DNA from: a candidate division WWE3 bacterium
GTDB taxonomy: Bacteria; Patescibacteriota; WWE3; JAPLWK01
Length of the DNA stretch: 64,000 nucleotides
Assembly (NCBI GenBank): GCA_026396615.1
Contig: JAPLWK010000010.1
Span: 133,916-197,915 of the forward strand
Reading direction: 5' to 3'
Shown in pieces: positions 47,768-56,804 of this stretch. Both the position numbers and the translations under genes were made by a program. The notes beneath the pieces were generated by a model. It was not told the origin of the DNA and did no database searches. It saw nothing but the letters and a program-made list of their open reading frames with translations. Each line of letters begins with the position of its first letter. Within the stretch, counting starts at the first letter, position 1.

Positions 47768-49244
47768 GTTTTTAAACTTAATCGACAACTTTTTAAACCG
47801 AATTACGATGTACCGTTTGGTACTGTATGTTCTGATCGGACTACTAGCCTCAGCGGTCATATTAGGGGCTCTCGGCGTCGTTCCCTACAACCCAGCAGCT
47901 CTAATTTTATCGACTAGTTTTATTCTCCTCATATCTCTTATTACCAACGACGTTTTTGCCAAAGTTTTTAAAGCAGTCAAAAATCAGGAATCGGTTTATA
48001 TTACCGCTTTAATACTGGCTTTAATCGTGTCTCCTATCACGTCATTTCATGATTTAATCTTTTTATTTTGGGTTTCGGTACTAGCCACGGCCGGAAAATA
48101 TATCCTGGCAATCGGAAAGAAGCATTTATTTAATCCGGCTGCCATCGCCGTCGTCATAACAGCCTTTGGTATTAATCAAAGTGCCAGCTGGTGGGTAGGG
48201 AATACCTTCACGACGCCTTTAGTTATCATCGGCGGCCTGCTACTCACTCGCAAAATTCGACGCGAGAAGATAGTTTATACATTCATTGCCATTGTTGTTG
48301 GGGTGAGTTTACTCTTCGGTTTAGTTAAAGGATCGAATATGCTTACTATGCTAAATACGATTTTATGGCACTCTCCACTATTCTTTTTCGCTTTTGTGAT
48401 GCTCACCGAACCGATTACCAGCCCTGTCAATAACACATTTCAAATGATATTCGCGTTTATAGTTGGCATTTTATTCGTGCCCCAGATTCACGTTGGCAGT
48501 TTTTACTTTACGCCGGAATTAGCTTTGGTCATTGGTAATGTTTTTGCTTACTTCGTGACCCCAAAATATAAATTAGTCTTTAATATCAAAGAAAGAGTAA
48601 AAACGGCCGCCGATACTTTCGATTTCGTCTTTCCACTAACTAAAAAAGTATCTTATCTCCCCGGGCAATATATGGAATGGACTTTGGGATCGAGTCGCAA
48701 CGACAACCGCGGCAATCGTCGCTACTTTACTTTAGCTTCTTCGCCAACCGAAAATAATTTACGATTGGGCGTTAAGTTTTATCAACCAGCCAGTAGTTAT
48801 AAAGAAGCCTTGTTGACGGGATCTAACGCCACTATTGTGGCTTCGCAATTAGCCGGTGACTTCGTATTACCGTCATATAAAAATGAAAAATGCGTTTTTA
48901 TTGCCGGTGGCATTGGCGTCACGCCGTTTCGGAGCATGCTTAAATATTTGATAGACACGAACGATAAACGCGACATTAAAGTAATTTATGCTAATAAAAA
49001 AGCCGAGGACATCGTTTATAAAGATGTGTTTGACGCGGCGAAGGAGACACTTGGCATTGAGACAACTTATACTTTTGGCCATGTCACTACTGAGCTAATT
49101 AAAGAGACAATAAAAGATTACCAGGACAGAGTTTTTTATATTTCCGGGCCGCAATTGATGGTTAAGGCAACTAAAGAGGCTCTTCTCGGACAAGGCGTAA
49201 GTAATCACCATATTAAAACCGACTTCTTTCCCGGCTTTGCATAA
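47757..49244 (+). CDS. Membrane oxidoreductase: NqrB/RnfD-like multi-TM domain fused to ferredoxin-NADP-reductase-like FAD/NAD(P) domain
   Basis: …GKKHLFNPAA… in the TM domain. C-terminal RRYFTLASSP (FAD-binding R-x-Y-S/T) and …GGIGVTPFRSML… (NAD-binding). Start taken as the internal ATG. Confidence 0.5.
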   Translation: MWSKFLNLIDNFLNRITMYRLVLYVLIGLLASAVILGALGVVPYNPAALILSTSFILLISLITNDVFAKVFKAVKNQESVYITALILALIVSPITSFHDLIFLFWVSVLATAGKYILAIGKKHLFNPAAIAVVITAFGINQSASWWVGNTFTTPLVIIGGLLLTRKIRREKIVYTFIAIVVGVSLLFGLVKGSNMLTMLNTILWHSPLFFFAFVMLTEPITSPVNNTFQMIFAFIVGILFVPQIHVGSFYFTPELALVIGNVFAYFVTPKYKLVFNIKERVKTAADTFDFVFPLTKKVSYLPGQYMEWTLGSSRNDNRGNRRYFTLASSPTENNLRLGVKFYQPASSYKEALLTGSNATIVASQLAGDFVLPSYKNEKCVFIAGGIGVTPFRSMLKYLIDTNDKRDIKVIYANKKAEDIVYKDVFDAAKETLGIETTYTFGHVTTELIKETIKDYQDRVFYISGPQLMVKATKEALLGQGVSNHHIKTDFFPGFA

Positions 49245-49270
49245 TTTAAAAAATAAGGCATTATTAAAAG

Positions 49271-50998
49271 GTGCTGGAAAAATTAGGTTCAGAACAGTAT
49301 TTATCGGAAGCCGCGGTGGATGCCTACTATCGTGTCGCTTCCCAGTTCCCTGTAAACATTACGATTGATAGATTATCGTCCGAAAATAAAACAGACTTAG
49401 GGATTATTTTTAGTGCCTGGAAGGAGTCCAAAGATCAAACAGACGAGCTGAGGCTAGGGATTAGCGACAGGGGCAACTATAACGATGAGATTCTCGACGA
49501 ACGTTTTATTCGCCAGGACGAATATTTAGACCGGTTTTTTGGAGGACTCACAAATAAACCTAACCCCAAATTAATTTTAGAAACTTTGCGGGATCCAGAA
49601 ATAACTGCTCGAGAAGTGCTGATTCCGTATTTACTAAATCAAGTTTACGGAGCCTGGGTAACGTCCCCGGAAACTTATTATTACGCGAGTCTTGAGGATC
49701 AGATTTCGCCTATACTAACAGCGGCAGTGCCGTTACTGTTAGAAAATGGTGACCTAGCAACACCACGACTAATTTTAGAGCATTATAAGTCAATTCATGA
49801 CGAGGTTACTCCTCGCGAATTGCTGTTATTGGAGGATCTTCCAGAAACAGATAGGCGGACGCTTTTAGTACACTATATTAATACTTTTGGCTTTATTAAA
49901 GCTGTTGATACTTTGTCTACCGCTCTCAAAAACGAAGATTTACCAGTTGAGTTACGTCAGAATTTAAAAACTCTTTATGACGAGATTGAGGGAGAGCAAG
50001 TGCAGGCGGTCATGGCCAGTCTTGACGAAGTCTATTCGCACGTGGAGTTTAGTAAGTATGCTCTTAATAATAAAGAGTTAACTGACTTTGAGGTCGGTTT
50101 AATCGAGCGGGTTAGTCATCAGAATGATCGGATCGCCGACCTAGGGGCCGGAGCGGGGCGCCATACTTTAGCGCTTTTGCGGGCTGGTTATACTGACGTT
50201 ACCGCTTGCGACACTTTTCCAGATCACTTAAAGCTTATCAAAGAAGAGGCGGCTACCGAGGGTCTTGATGAGGTTAAAGTGGCGGCCATGAGCTGGCACC
50301 AATTAGGCTTTGAGGCGGATAGTTTAGATATGGTTTACTGTTTAGGCCGTTCAGCGCTGCACAATCGCACTGGCTCTGATTGGGCCAGTTTTATGAATGA
50401 AAGTTGGCGGGTTCTTAAAGACGATGGTTATCTTCTTTTAGACGTGCCGGATATGGCCGATGGCGTTTATAACGACAATGAGGCTCATCTACGGGAGCAC
50501 GCTCGTAACTTAGGTCTGGATAGTTCCGAGTCGATGCGGCTTTTTGATGGGCCAGATCAACTTCATAAGTTTAACCGGATGGCTTTAACCGATACTCAAA
50601 TACATGAATACGCCGAACTTTTTGGTTTTACGGTTGAAGCGATGGAGAAGCATCGACTAGGTGATCATGGCGAAATAACTAACGTTTACTACACTTTACA
50701 AAAAGATCCGAATTTTGACCCCGGTAAAATGAATCGCTGGGAGCTACAAGATGCGCTTGCACATATGGGGTTACTTGATAGCGGGGTAGATTACAATCAA
50801 AATATTAAGTCGTGGCGGGGCACTTTGGGGCAAGCGTTAGCCCTTGGTCCCTATACGCTGGATCACGCTAAACCGGAAATGCTCGGGCCGTGTTTGGCGC
50901 ACGTCACTGCTTACGGCACAGAGTTAACTACGGAGTACGCGGGGGCGTATTATACGACCCTGCTTGATCCCATGCCAGGGCAAAGAGGGCACGCATAG
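49271..50998 (+). CDS. Protein with central class I SAM-methyltransferase domain and large unknown N-terminal domain
   Basis: Motif I …IADLGAGAGRHTLALLRAGYTDVTACD… 575 aa. Ends and start are plausible. Confidence 0.5.
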   Translation: MLEKLGSEQYLSEAAVDAYYRVASQFPVNITIDRLSSENKTDLGIIFSAWKESKDQTDELRLGISDRGNYNDEILDERFIRQDEYLDRFFGGLTNKPNPKLILETLRDPEITAREVLIPYLLNQVYGAWVTSPETYYYASLEDQISPILTAAVPLLLENGDLATPRLILEHYKSIHDEVTPRELLLLEDLPETDRRTLLVHYINTFGFIKAVDTLSTALKNEDLPVELRQNLKTLYDEIEGEQVQAVMASLDEVYSHVEFSKYALNNKELTDFEVGLIERVSHQNDRIADLGAGAGRHTLALLRAGYTDVTACDTFPDHLKLIKEEAATEGLDEVKVAAMSWHQLGFEADSLDMVYCLGRSALHNRTGSDWASFMNESWRVLKDDGYLLLDVPDMADGVYNDNEAHLREHARNLGLDSSESMRLFDGPDQLHKFNRMALTDTQIHEYAELFGFTVEAMEKHRLGDHGEITNVYYTLQKDPNFDPGKMNRWELQDALAHMGLLDSGVDYNQNIKSWRGTLGQALALGPYTLDHAKPEMLGPCLAHVTAYGTELTTEYAGAYYTTLLDPMPGQRGHA

Positions 50999-51710
50999 TC
51001 TGGGCGATGAGAGCATTCTGAACTATTATCGCCATTAAATCTTTTTCGGCGTGGAAGTTAATAAAAGCCACTTTATCGCCATAAATATCCACTTCAATTC
51101 CTACTGGAAACTTATCTTTGGGGACGACTCGCGTCTCCCGCTGTTCCGCTTCGTCACGACTGGTATAGGTCTTGGTTTTGGCGTCTTCGGCGACGATGAC
51201 TTTGGCCCAGACCTTGGCTTTTGATCGCTTCACAGCATAAACCTTGGTCAACCAAGCATAAACTTTAGGGTCAACGTCTTCGGTCTGCAGAATAGCCCAA
51301 ATTTCGGCCTGCTCTTTAATAGTATCCTCGTACACCGCTTTAATGCCTTCCAGTCCTTCGTAAATCTTCACCCCAGGCTTATTTTCGGTGGTCTTAAAGG
51401 CGGAGATTAGTTCTGGCAGGTAGGTTTGCAGTGACACCTCACTGTTTTTAGCTTCTTTCAACCGGTTCTCAATGATATCGGCTAGCTTAAAGGGATGCTC
51501 CGGGCGAAAGTGGAGCCGTTTCTTAATCGTTACTTGCGATACCAGGCCCTTTTCTTCAAGGTCATACAGAGTCTTATAAACAATCCCGCGCTTCAGGCCC
51601 GATTTCTTAATCACGTCACCGACGGGGGAGACACCTGATTGTAGGAGAACGGAGTAGAGGAGCGCCTCTTTGTCCCTTAATCCAGATTCTTTAAGTGCTT
51701 TCTCGTACAT
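50928..51710 (-). CDS. TrmB-family transcriptional regulator
   Basis: N-terminal winged HTH (…EALLYSVLLQSGVSPVGDVIKKSGLKRGIVYKTLYDLEEKGLV…) and a C-terminal effector domain. Convergent 70-nt overlap with the upstream gene's end. Confidence 0.55.
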   Translation of the reverse strand: MYEKALKESGLRDKEALLYSVLLQSGVSPVGDVIKKSGLKRGIVYKTLYDLEEKGLVSQVTIKKRLHFRPEHPFKLADIIENRLKEAKNSEVSLQTYLPELISAFKTTENKPGVKIYEGLEGIKAVYEDTIKEQAEIWAILQTEDVDPKVYAWLTKVYAVKRSKAKVWAKVIVAEDAKTKTYTSRDEAEQRETRVVPKDKFPVGIEVDIYGDKVAFINFHAEKDLMAIIVQNALIAQTMRALFALAWDQAGSYNTPPRTP

Positions 51711-51753
51711 ACCAATAATATATTCGATTCCATGTAGAGACGCAATCGGGTTG

Positions 51754-51832
51754 AGGACGACCCATGGGTCGTCCCTACAGATCTATAGGAGGCCTCCTGA
51801 AACACGGTTGTAGGGACGGGGCATGCCCCGTC
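51754..51832. repeat. Cluster of three perfect GC-rich palindromes (20, 12 and 20 bp)
   Basis: GGACGACCCATGGGTCGTCC (51754-51773), AGGAGGCCTCCT (51786-51797) and GGACGGGGCATGCCCCGTCC (51813-51832). The first and third have GTTGAGG-type flanks. Confidence 0.55.
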
Positions 51833-51859
51833 CTCAACCAACATAATTGTCAATACCAC

Positions 51860-51976
51860 TTGACAATACTATAGGGGTATGCTACAATATGATTGTCACA
51901 GTGAGGAACACGGCAAGGGCCCTACCTGCCAGCGCCGTCAAACCCCCTTGACAAATAAGACTATAGGTGCTATGAT
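51860..51976 (+). promoter_or_regulatory. Two tandem consensus sigma70-type promoters (P1 TTGACA-17-TACAAT; P2 TTGACA-17-TATGAT)
   Basis: P1 is 51860-51888, P2 is 51948-51976. Both spacers contain ACTATAGG. A TGTCACAGTGA palindrome sits 5 nt after the P1 -10 box. Confidence 0.5.
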
Positions 51977-51979
51977 GAT

Positions 51980-52985
51980 AGCATGCTGAGAAAGGGTCAA
52001 ATAAGCCCCCCGCTCAGAGCCCTATAAATAGAGAACAAATAGAAACAACAAAAAACAAATAACACAGAACAGTAGCCGAAGCGGTTTTGCCTACAAGCCT
52101 ACCGGCCACGACTGGGTATATCCCAACCGCGGTACTCAAAACTCGCACGTTGTCACCTGATAACACGGCCCCAAGAGAATCTGCTGGAGATTGGCAAATG
52201 ACTTGTCAAAATAACTTGTCCTGAGCTTGTCGAAGGAGTAAGGCTCAAATAAAGAGACAAACTAAGAACCGTATAAATAGAAGTAGTAAACATCAATTTG
52301 TTTACCTAAACCTACCTTAGGTACTTACCAAATAGATTCGTGGGTACTAGAGGAGAGACCGAGAAGGCAATGAGAGAGAAAAGATTACCTACCAATTAAG
52401 TACTCTCTCATTTTCTTCCCCAAACCAATTCGATTAATGATTAATGATTAATGTTTAATGGCAAATGATTAATGCCGATCAGCTTGTTAGCTGACCCCAA
52501 AAAACATACCGTGCAGTTTTTTGGAGTTAGGGAATAACTAGACTTTCAGTCTAGATAAATGTCACAAGTGACATTTAGAAGCAGCACTTTGAGAACTTAA
52601 CGACTAACAAACTTCTTTAAGAAGCGCAACGTGGTTATCAAACTTGGTAGCTAGGTTGCCTTCTTAAAGAACAAGTACTTTGAATCTGCTTAACAGCAGG
52701 CCTATCCATAGGTTTATTAATTGCTGCGAGCCGCCCTAAAGGCGCATAAGCTTCGCGTATGGCAACTGGTAAAGTTTGGAAAAGATACTTTCGGAGAGAA
52801 GACTAGGAGATCGTCCTAAAAACGAGGCTGGTCCAGAAGCGGGGTAACCCAAGGGACTTAGGAGCACAGCTGAATCTGTGACTAGAACTGGAAACTTGAA
52901 CTCGCAAGAGCAAGTAACAGAAGGTTCTTGAAAAATCGAATCCGACAATCTTCCCGACGAGGCTTCGATGTGAAGTATAGGAAGA
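51980..52985 (+). other. ~1 kb ORF-free leader/candidate ncRNA downstream of P1/P2
   Basis: No ORF of 60 aa or more on the plus strand. Dense inverted repeats. Only tiny SD-led peptides (8-9 aa) are possible. Confidence 0.3.
52433..52474. repeat. Six tandem heptads (ATTAATG)n, iteron-like
   Basis: ATTAATG ATTAATG ATTAATG TTTAATG GCAAATG ATTAATG, read directly. Confidence 0.6.
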
Positions 52986-52988
52986 AAA

Positions 52989-53750
52989 ATGAAGCAGTAT
53001 TTTTTCGTTCGTGAGGGTACGGTCGATAAGTTCGGTAAGTTGATTTCCGGTGCTGTCGTCGTTACATACGACGATGGGAATGAGGTCACAGCGGTTACCT
53101 GTGAGGGAAAGTCGGTCTCTCTTAAAAAGACCGATTTAATTCCAGAAGTTGGCTCCGAAAAAGCTTGGAAGTTGGCGGCTGCAGCTCACGTGCAGAAGGT
53201 TGCGGATAACCTCGTTCAAGCCGGATTCCAAGTTGCGAATCTTCGTTGGGTATATGAGCCCAGCGGCAATTCTACCGAAACGAACGCTGACGTTGCGGAA
53301 AACGTGGATTGGATCGGCAACAAGATTGCTACGATTGCTGGGCAAGTCCGCAAACAAGCTCGGGCTGTTTTTGCCTTGCCAATATGGTACCGAACATTTC
53401 AGATGGACATACAACAGTGGCCAGTATTTGACTGCCACGAGACGTGTTTTAATCTGATACCGCCAGACGGTGACGGTAAAGATTGGAAAGTTCTAGCTGA
53501 AGGCGAATCAGTTGATTTGCCTTGTGATCAAGTGTCCGAAGGTCGTTTTTTGAGTGGCACCAGACATATCGAAAATGTGGATGGTTGGTGTGATCGTGCA
53601 CAGAGCAATCACTTTCGGATCATGAAGAACGGCTTGAGTCCCGAGGTTTACGATGCGTGCAATGCGGCGTATGAAGCGTTGAGTAAAAAGGCGCCAATAT
53701 CGGCAGCCCGTAAAGCTCTTCGCGAAATCATGGACGCCCTCGGAAAGTAA
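52989..53750 (+). CDS. Hypothetical protein P1 of the GC-rich module
   Basis: 253 aa. SD GGAAGAAAAA before the ATG. High G+C. No recognisable domain. Confidence 0.5.
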   Translation: MKQYFFVREGTVDKFGKLISGAVVVTYDDGNEVTAVTCEGKSVSLKKTDLIPEVGSEKAWKLAAAAHVQKVADNLVQAGFQVANLRWVYEPSGNSTETNADVAENVDWIGNKIATIAGQVRKQARAVFALPIWYRTFQMDIQQWPVFDCHETCFNLIPPDGDGKDWKVLAEGESVDLPCDQVSEGRFLSGTRHIENVDGWCDRAQSNHFRIMKNGLSPEVYDACNAAYEALSKKAPISAARKALREIMDALGK

Positions 53751-54004
53751 GTCGTTAGTTAATGGTGCTAAATAAGTTTACAAGCAAATTAGTTGTAAAC
53801 GGCACTGAGCCACTCCACTAAGCTCTAAGATTTGTGGAAAGAAACGTTTGTCTCGATCGGGAGGTGATGTGTTTTTGACTTTATTGTCTTTAACATCACT
53901 TCCCGAGTTCGTAAGACTTCATCAAGTAATTGGTGAGGTGCTACGAATTAAATAGATCTGCACTTTCACAAATATTACAAATATCTTTTTCTTCTAGAAA
54001 TTGG

Positions 54005-54050
54005 TTTCGGCCTTTATGGATCTAATAATTTGGGTCTGCAAAGGTCGAAA
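54005..54050 (+). promoter_or_regulatory. Conserved 5'UTR hairpin element upstream of P2
   Basis: TTTCGGCCTT…(26 nt)…AAGGTCGAAA. Ends 26 nt before the ATG. SD AGGAGAG between. Paralogous to 55050-55096. Confidence 0.4.
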
Positions 54051-54075
54051 TCACAGAAAAGTTTAGGAGAGAAAA

Positions 54076-54774
54076 ATGATTACAGTAGAACAAATAAAGT
54101 CCGCTCGTTCAGAACGCGCAGCAAAGGCTGCAGAACTTCGAGCCATGTACGAGTCACGCATTCCGAAGCTCCAGGCTGCCGATTGGCCGGAGAAGGGTTG
54201 GGAATGGAAGCAAGCCAACACATGGGTGTGGCTGCGTAAGGAGTGGGCGCACGGGGATAAGTCTGCCACTTTGCGGGCCTATTTGGCGCCGACCGAGGAC
54301 AAAGATCCGCAGCCGCATTTCTCGCCCCGCGAGGCCGGTTTCGTGGCAAAGTGCTTCACAGTCGAACCGCGGTGGCCTGATTCACCGTTCGGTGGTGAGG
54401 AATGCCGTCAGAAATGGATCGGTGAGCTGGTCGAACGCGATCTGCCAGCCCGGCCGCCTGAGATTTTCGAAAATGACCCGTTCGACGCCGGCGAGGAAGT
54501 TTGGATCGAGGTCTGGGATTCCACGAAAGCGGGTCCGTTCGCTGCTTTCAACGCAGTATGGGGGCCGGAGGCGAAGCAGGCGATCCACGACGCTCAGGAC
54601 AGCCTGTTCGCTCGTGAGCGCGGCAACGTCAACGTATCTGAGCATATCTATGCACACGGTGTTTGCCAGCATCGCCCCGCTTTCGGACCAAACTTCAACG
54701 GTTTGGAGGAGAATTGCCCCAAGGCAGCTCCGATCGTCGAAGAGGAAGTGGTCGAGGAGAACGACGAGGAGTAG
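54076..54774 (+). CDS. Hypothetical protein P2 (acidic C-terminal tail)
   Basis: 232 aa. SD TAGGAGAG. Ends …EEEVVEENDEE. No known domain. Confidence 0.5.
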   Translation: MITVEQIKSARSERAAKAAELRAMYESRIPKLQAADWPEKGWEWKQANTWVWLRKEWAHGDKSATLRAYLAPTEDKDPQPHFSPREAGFVAKCFTVEPRWPDSPFGGEECRQKWIGELVERDLPARPPEIFENDPFDAGEEVWIEVWDSTKAGPFAAFNAVWGPEAKQAIHDAQDSLFARERGNVNVSEHIYAHGVCQHRPAFGPNFNGLEENCPKAAPIVEEEVVEENDEE

Positions 54775-55049
54775 ATATTTAGTTCTAAGAATTGACACGG
54801 CTTGGTGAAATAAAACTTCAATGGCAAATAAGCATTGAGGAAGTGTCAAATTGTGTTAGATCCGTTCCGTTTGTCTCTTTGGTTCAGTAGCAGAAGAAAT
54901 TAGCCACCTGGTGAAATCGCTGCTACTGGACCTAAAGTTTTTGGACTAAATCGGAGTTACTGGATCCGCCAGCCGGCGGATGACAAGTGATTAATGGTTT
55001 AGATCAAAAACTTTAGGAAAGAGAGGCACGTTGAAAATATAAATACTGG

Positions 55050-55096
55050 TTTCGACCTTGATGAGTCTAAATGACTTGGATTTATTAAGGTCGAAA
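55050..55096 (+). promoter_or_regulatory. Conserved 5'UTR hairpin element upstream of P3
   Basis: TTTCGACCTT…(27 nt)…AAGGTCGAAA, a perfect 10-bp inverted repeat. SD AGAGGAG. ATG 24 nt downstream. Confidence 0.4.
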
Positions 55097-55119
55097 TCAG
55101 AAGAATTAAAGAGGAGAAA

Positions 55120-55596
55120 ATGAATACAATCGCCGGTGCTTTCGCTCGGGCCTTTAAAAACCCAGAGCCATACATGTTCGGTACGGAAGAATTCTTTCCG
55201 GTAGGGGATTGGGATGAACCACTCCCGATCGGGAAGATTATGCCGGACATCAAGCGCTTGATTTCATTGTGGCAATTGCCACTGGATCGGGCGTTGTATG
55301 AGACTGGCGAAGGTTTGGCTTTACTAGCAAACCTGGCGAATTTGAGCGCGAAAGAGATCGACCCGTCGTTTTACGACATCAAGTCGACTTTGATCGCGCA
55401 CGCACAGAGACTTAGCGATCATTGCTGGGCGAACGACGGCATCGTCTATTTCGAGACGGTCGTTGGTCAGGTCTCGTTCCATGTTTTCGATGAGGACATG
55501 GAGGTTCTTAACCCCATGCGCCACACCGAAGAGTGGATTGGGTGGTCAACTCAGGAGATCGCTCCCGAGTTGTGTTACGAGTTTTTGGATATTTAG
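55120..55596 (+). CDS. Hypothetical protein P3
   Basis: 158 aa. No known domain. Confidence 0.5.
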   Translation: MNTIAGAFARAFKNPEPYMFGTEEFFPVGDWDEPLPIGKIMPDIKRLISLWQLPLDRALYETGEGLALLANLANLSAKEIDPSFYDIKSTLIAHAQRLSDHCWANDGIVYFETVVGQVSFHVFDEDMEVLNPMRHTEEWIGWSTQEIAPELCYEFLDI

Positions 55597-55612
55597 AAGG
55601 AGGTCCAAGAAC

Positions 55613-56092
55613 ATGAAAGACGCCATGAAGTTGAATATTTGGATCCGCAAGCAGCTTGAGGAGCGTTGCGGAAAGTTCGACGATCGGACGGGGGTGGGTT
55701 TTTCACAATTTGTGTGGCATCCGCTTTCGAATCGGGGGCTCCACGAGCAGTATTTAAAGCCTCGTGGGCTATCCATACAGGCGCCAGCCATGAGCGTTTT
55801 ATGGACAGTGGAGTTCACAGAGCGCAGCGTTCGGTTTACGCCGAAGGTCTATTTAATAGACCGGGACGATTTTTCTCAGCGTTACGCAAAGGCGAATGTT
55901 GAGATTCGGGTGGCTTTGCGGGAGCAATTTAACATTGTCTCCTTCGAACTCGCCACACCCGAACCGATTGTTTTCTTGCCGGGCTCGAGTTTGACCGGTG
56001 GTTCAACCGCTGTGTTAAGATCCGACGCCGTAGCAGAGATTGATCGACAAATTGCTGACCTGGAGGCCTTTAAGAAGGCTACGTTAGGTTAG
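55613..56092 (+). CDS. Hypothetical protein P4
   Basis: Internal ATG of the 55463 track ORF, preceded by GAAGGAGG. 159 aa. Confidence 0.5.
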   Translation: MKDAMKLNIWIRKQLEERCGKFDDRTGVGFSQFVWHPLSNRGLHEQYLKPRGLSIQAPAMSVLWTVEFTERSVRFTPKVYLIDRDDFSQRYAKANVEIRVALREQFNIVSFELATPEPIVFLPGSSLTGGSTAVLRSDAVAEIDRQIADLEAFKKATLG

Positions 56093-56149
56093 CGATCAGC
56101 AGACGGAGCGAGGGCGGGGCGCCAGCTCTGTTTCCTAGGAGGTAATCAA

Positions 56150-56527
56150 ATGAACGTTTACGTTGTATCTCGCGAGACGAATGACCCGATCTTCGGGGAG
56201 GGCCAGTCGTACTACGGAAATAGCTTCGCAGTCGAAGGCAAGGTTTACACCATGCCGGGGACACTCGCGAGGGATTTCCTAAAGCTAGTTAGCGACTTTT
56301 CGCAGCTAGCAAATCCGTTATTAGGGAGGGAACTGGTTACAAAAGAAACCGGCATCTCTCTCGACGAAGAGCCCGAAGACGAATATTGCTGGGAGTTCCT
56401 ACTCTCCAGCATAAGCAACAATAATCCGATCGAAGGCCGCATACGCTACAGCGTATACGATCGGAAGACCAAGGAAACTCACCGCTACCAGACGACGTAT
56501 ACAATTACTCGTCTTAAGCTCGTGTAG
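56150..56527 (+). CDS. Hypothetical protein P5
   Basis: 125 aa. SD TAGGAGG. Confidence 0.5.
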   Translation: MNVYVVSRETNDPIFGEGQSYYGNSFAVEGKVYTMPGTLARDFLKLVSDFSQLANPLLGRELVTKETGISLDEEPEDEYCWEFLLSSISNNNPIEGRIRYSVYDRKTKETHRYQTTYTITRLKLV

Positions 56528-56733
56528 TTTCGTGAAGGGTGCTGTATAAGTTTTAGATCAAATTTAATCTAAAACCGCACCGGAGCCAAGACCACCAATG
56601 CTCTTGAAAAAATTAGGTGGAAAGTTCCCTCCTTCGCTAAACCAGACTTCGCTAAAGCTACGTCTGGCAAAGCTTCGGAGGGTTAAGAGACTCTAATTCG
56701 TTTACTCATAAGAGTCTCTAAATGTCTCTTTAC

Positions 56734-56783
56734 GGGAGGTAGTTTATTTGCAGCAATGCTTATAAATTTTACCTCCCGTTTTT
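56734..56783 (+). terminator. Stem-loop plus T-run terminator; left copy of a 45-bp direct repeat
   Basis: GGGAGGT…(30 nt)…ACCTCCC GTTTTT. The core GTTTATTTGCAGCAATGCTTATAAATTTTACCTCCCGTTTTT recurs at 58237-58280. Confidence 0.5.
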
Positions 56784-56804
56784 CGTTTTCTATAGATTGG
56801 TTGA

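Noticed and set aside
52736-53089. Minus-strand 117-aa ORF at the leader/P1 junction
   Set aside because: It overlaps the SD-led start of P1 and has no RBS or domain. It is one of several spurious antisense ORFs in the high-G+C block (also 54080-54849, 55324-55818 and 56079-56442 minus).
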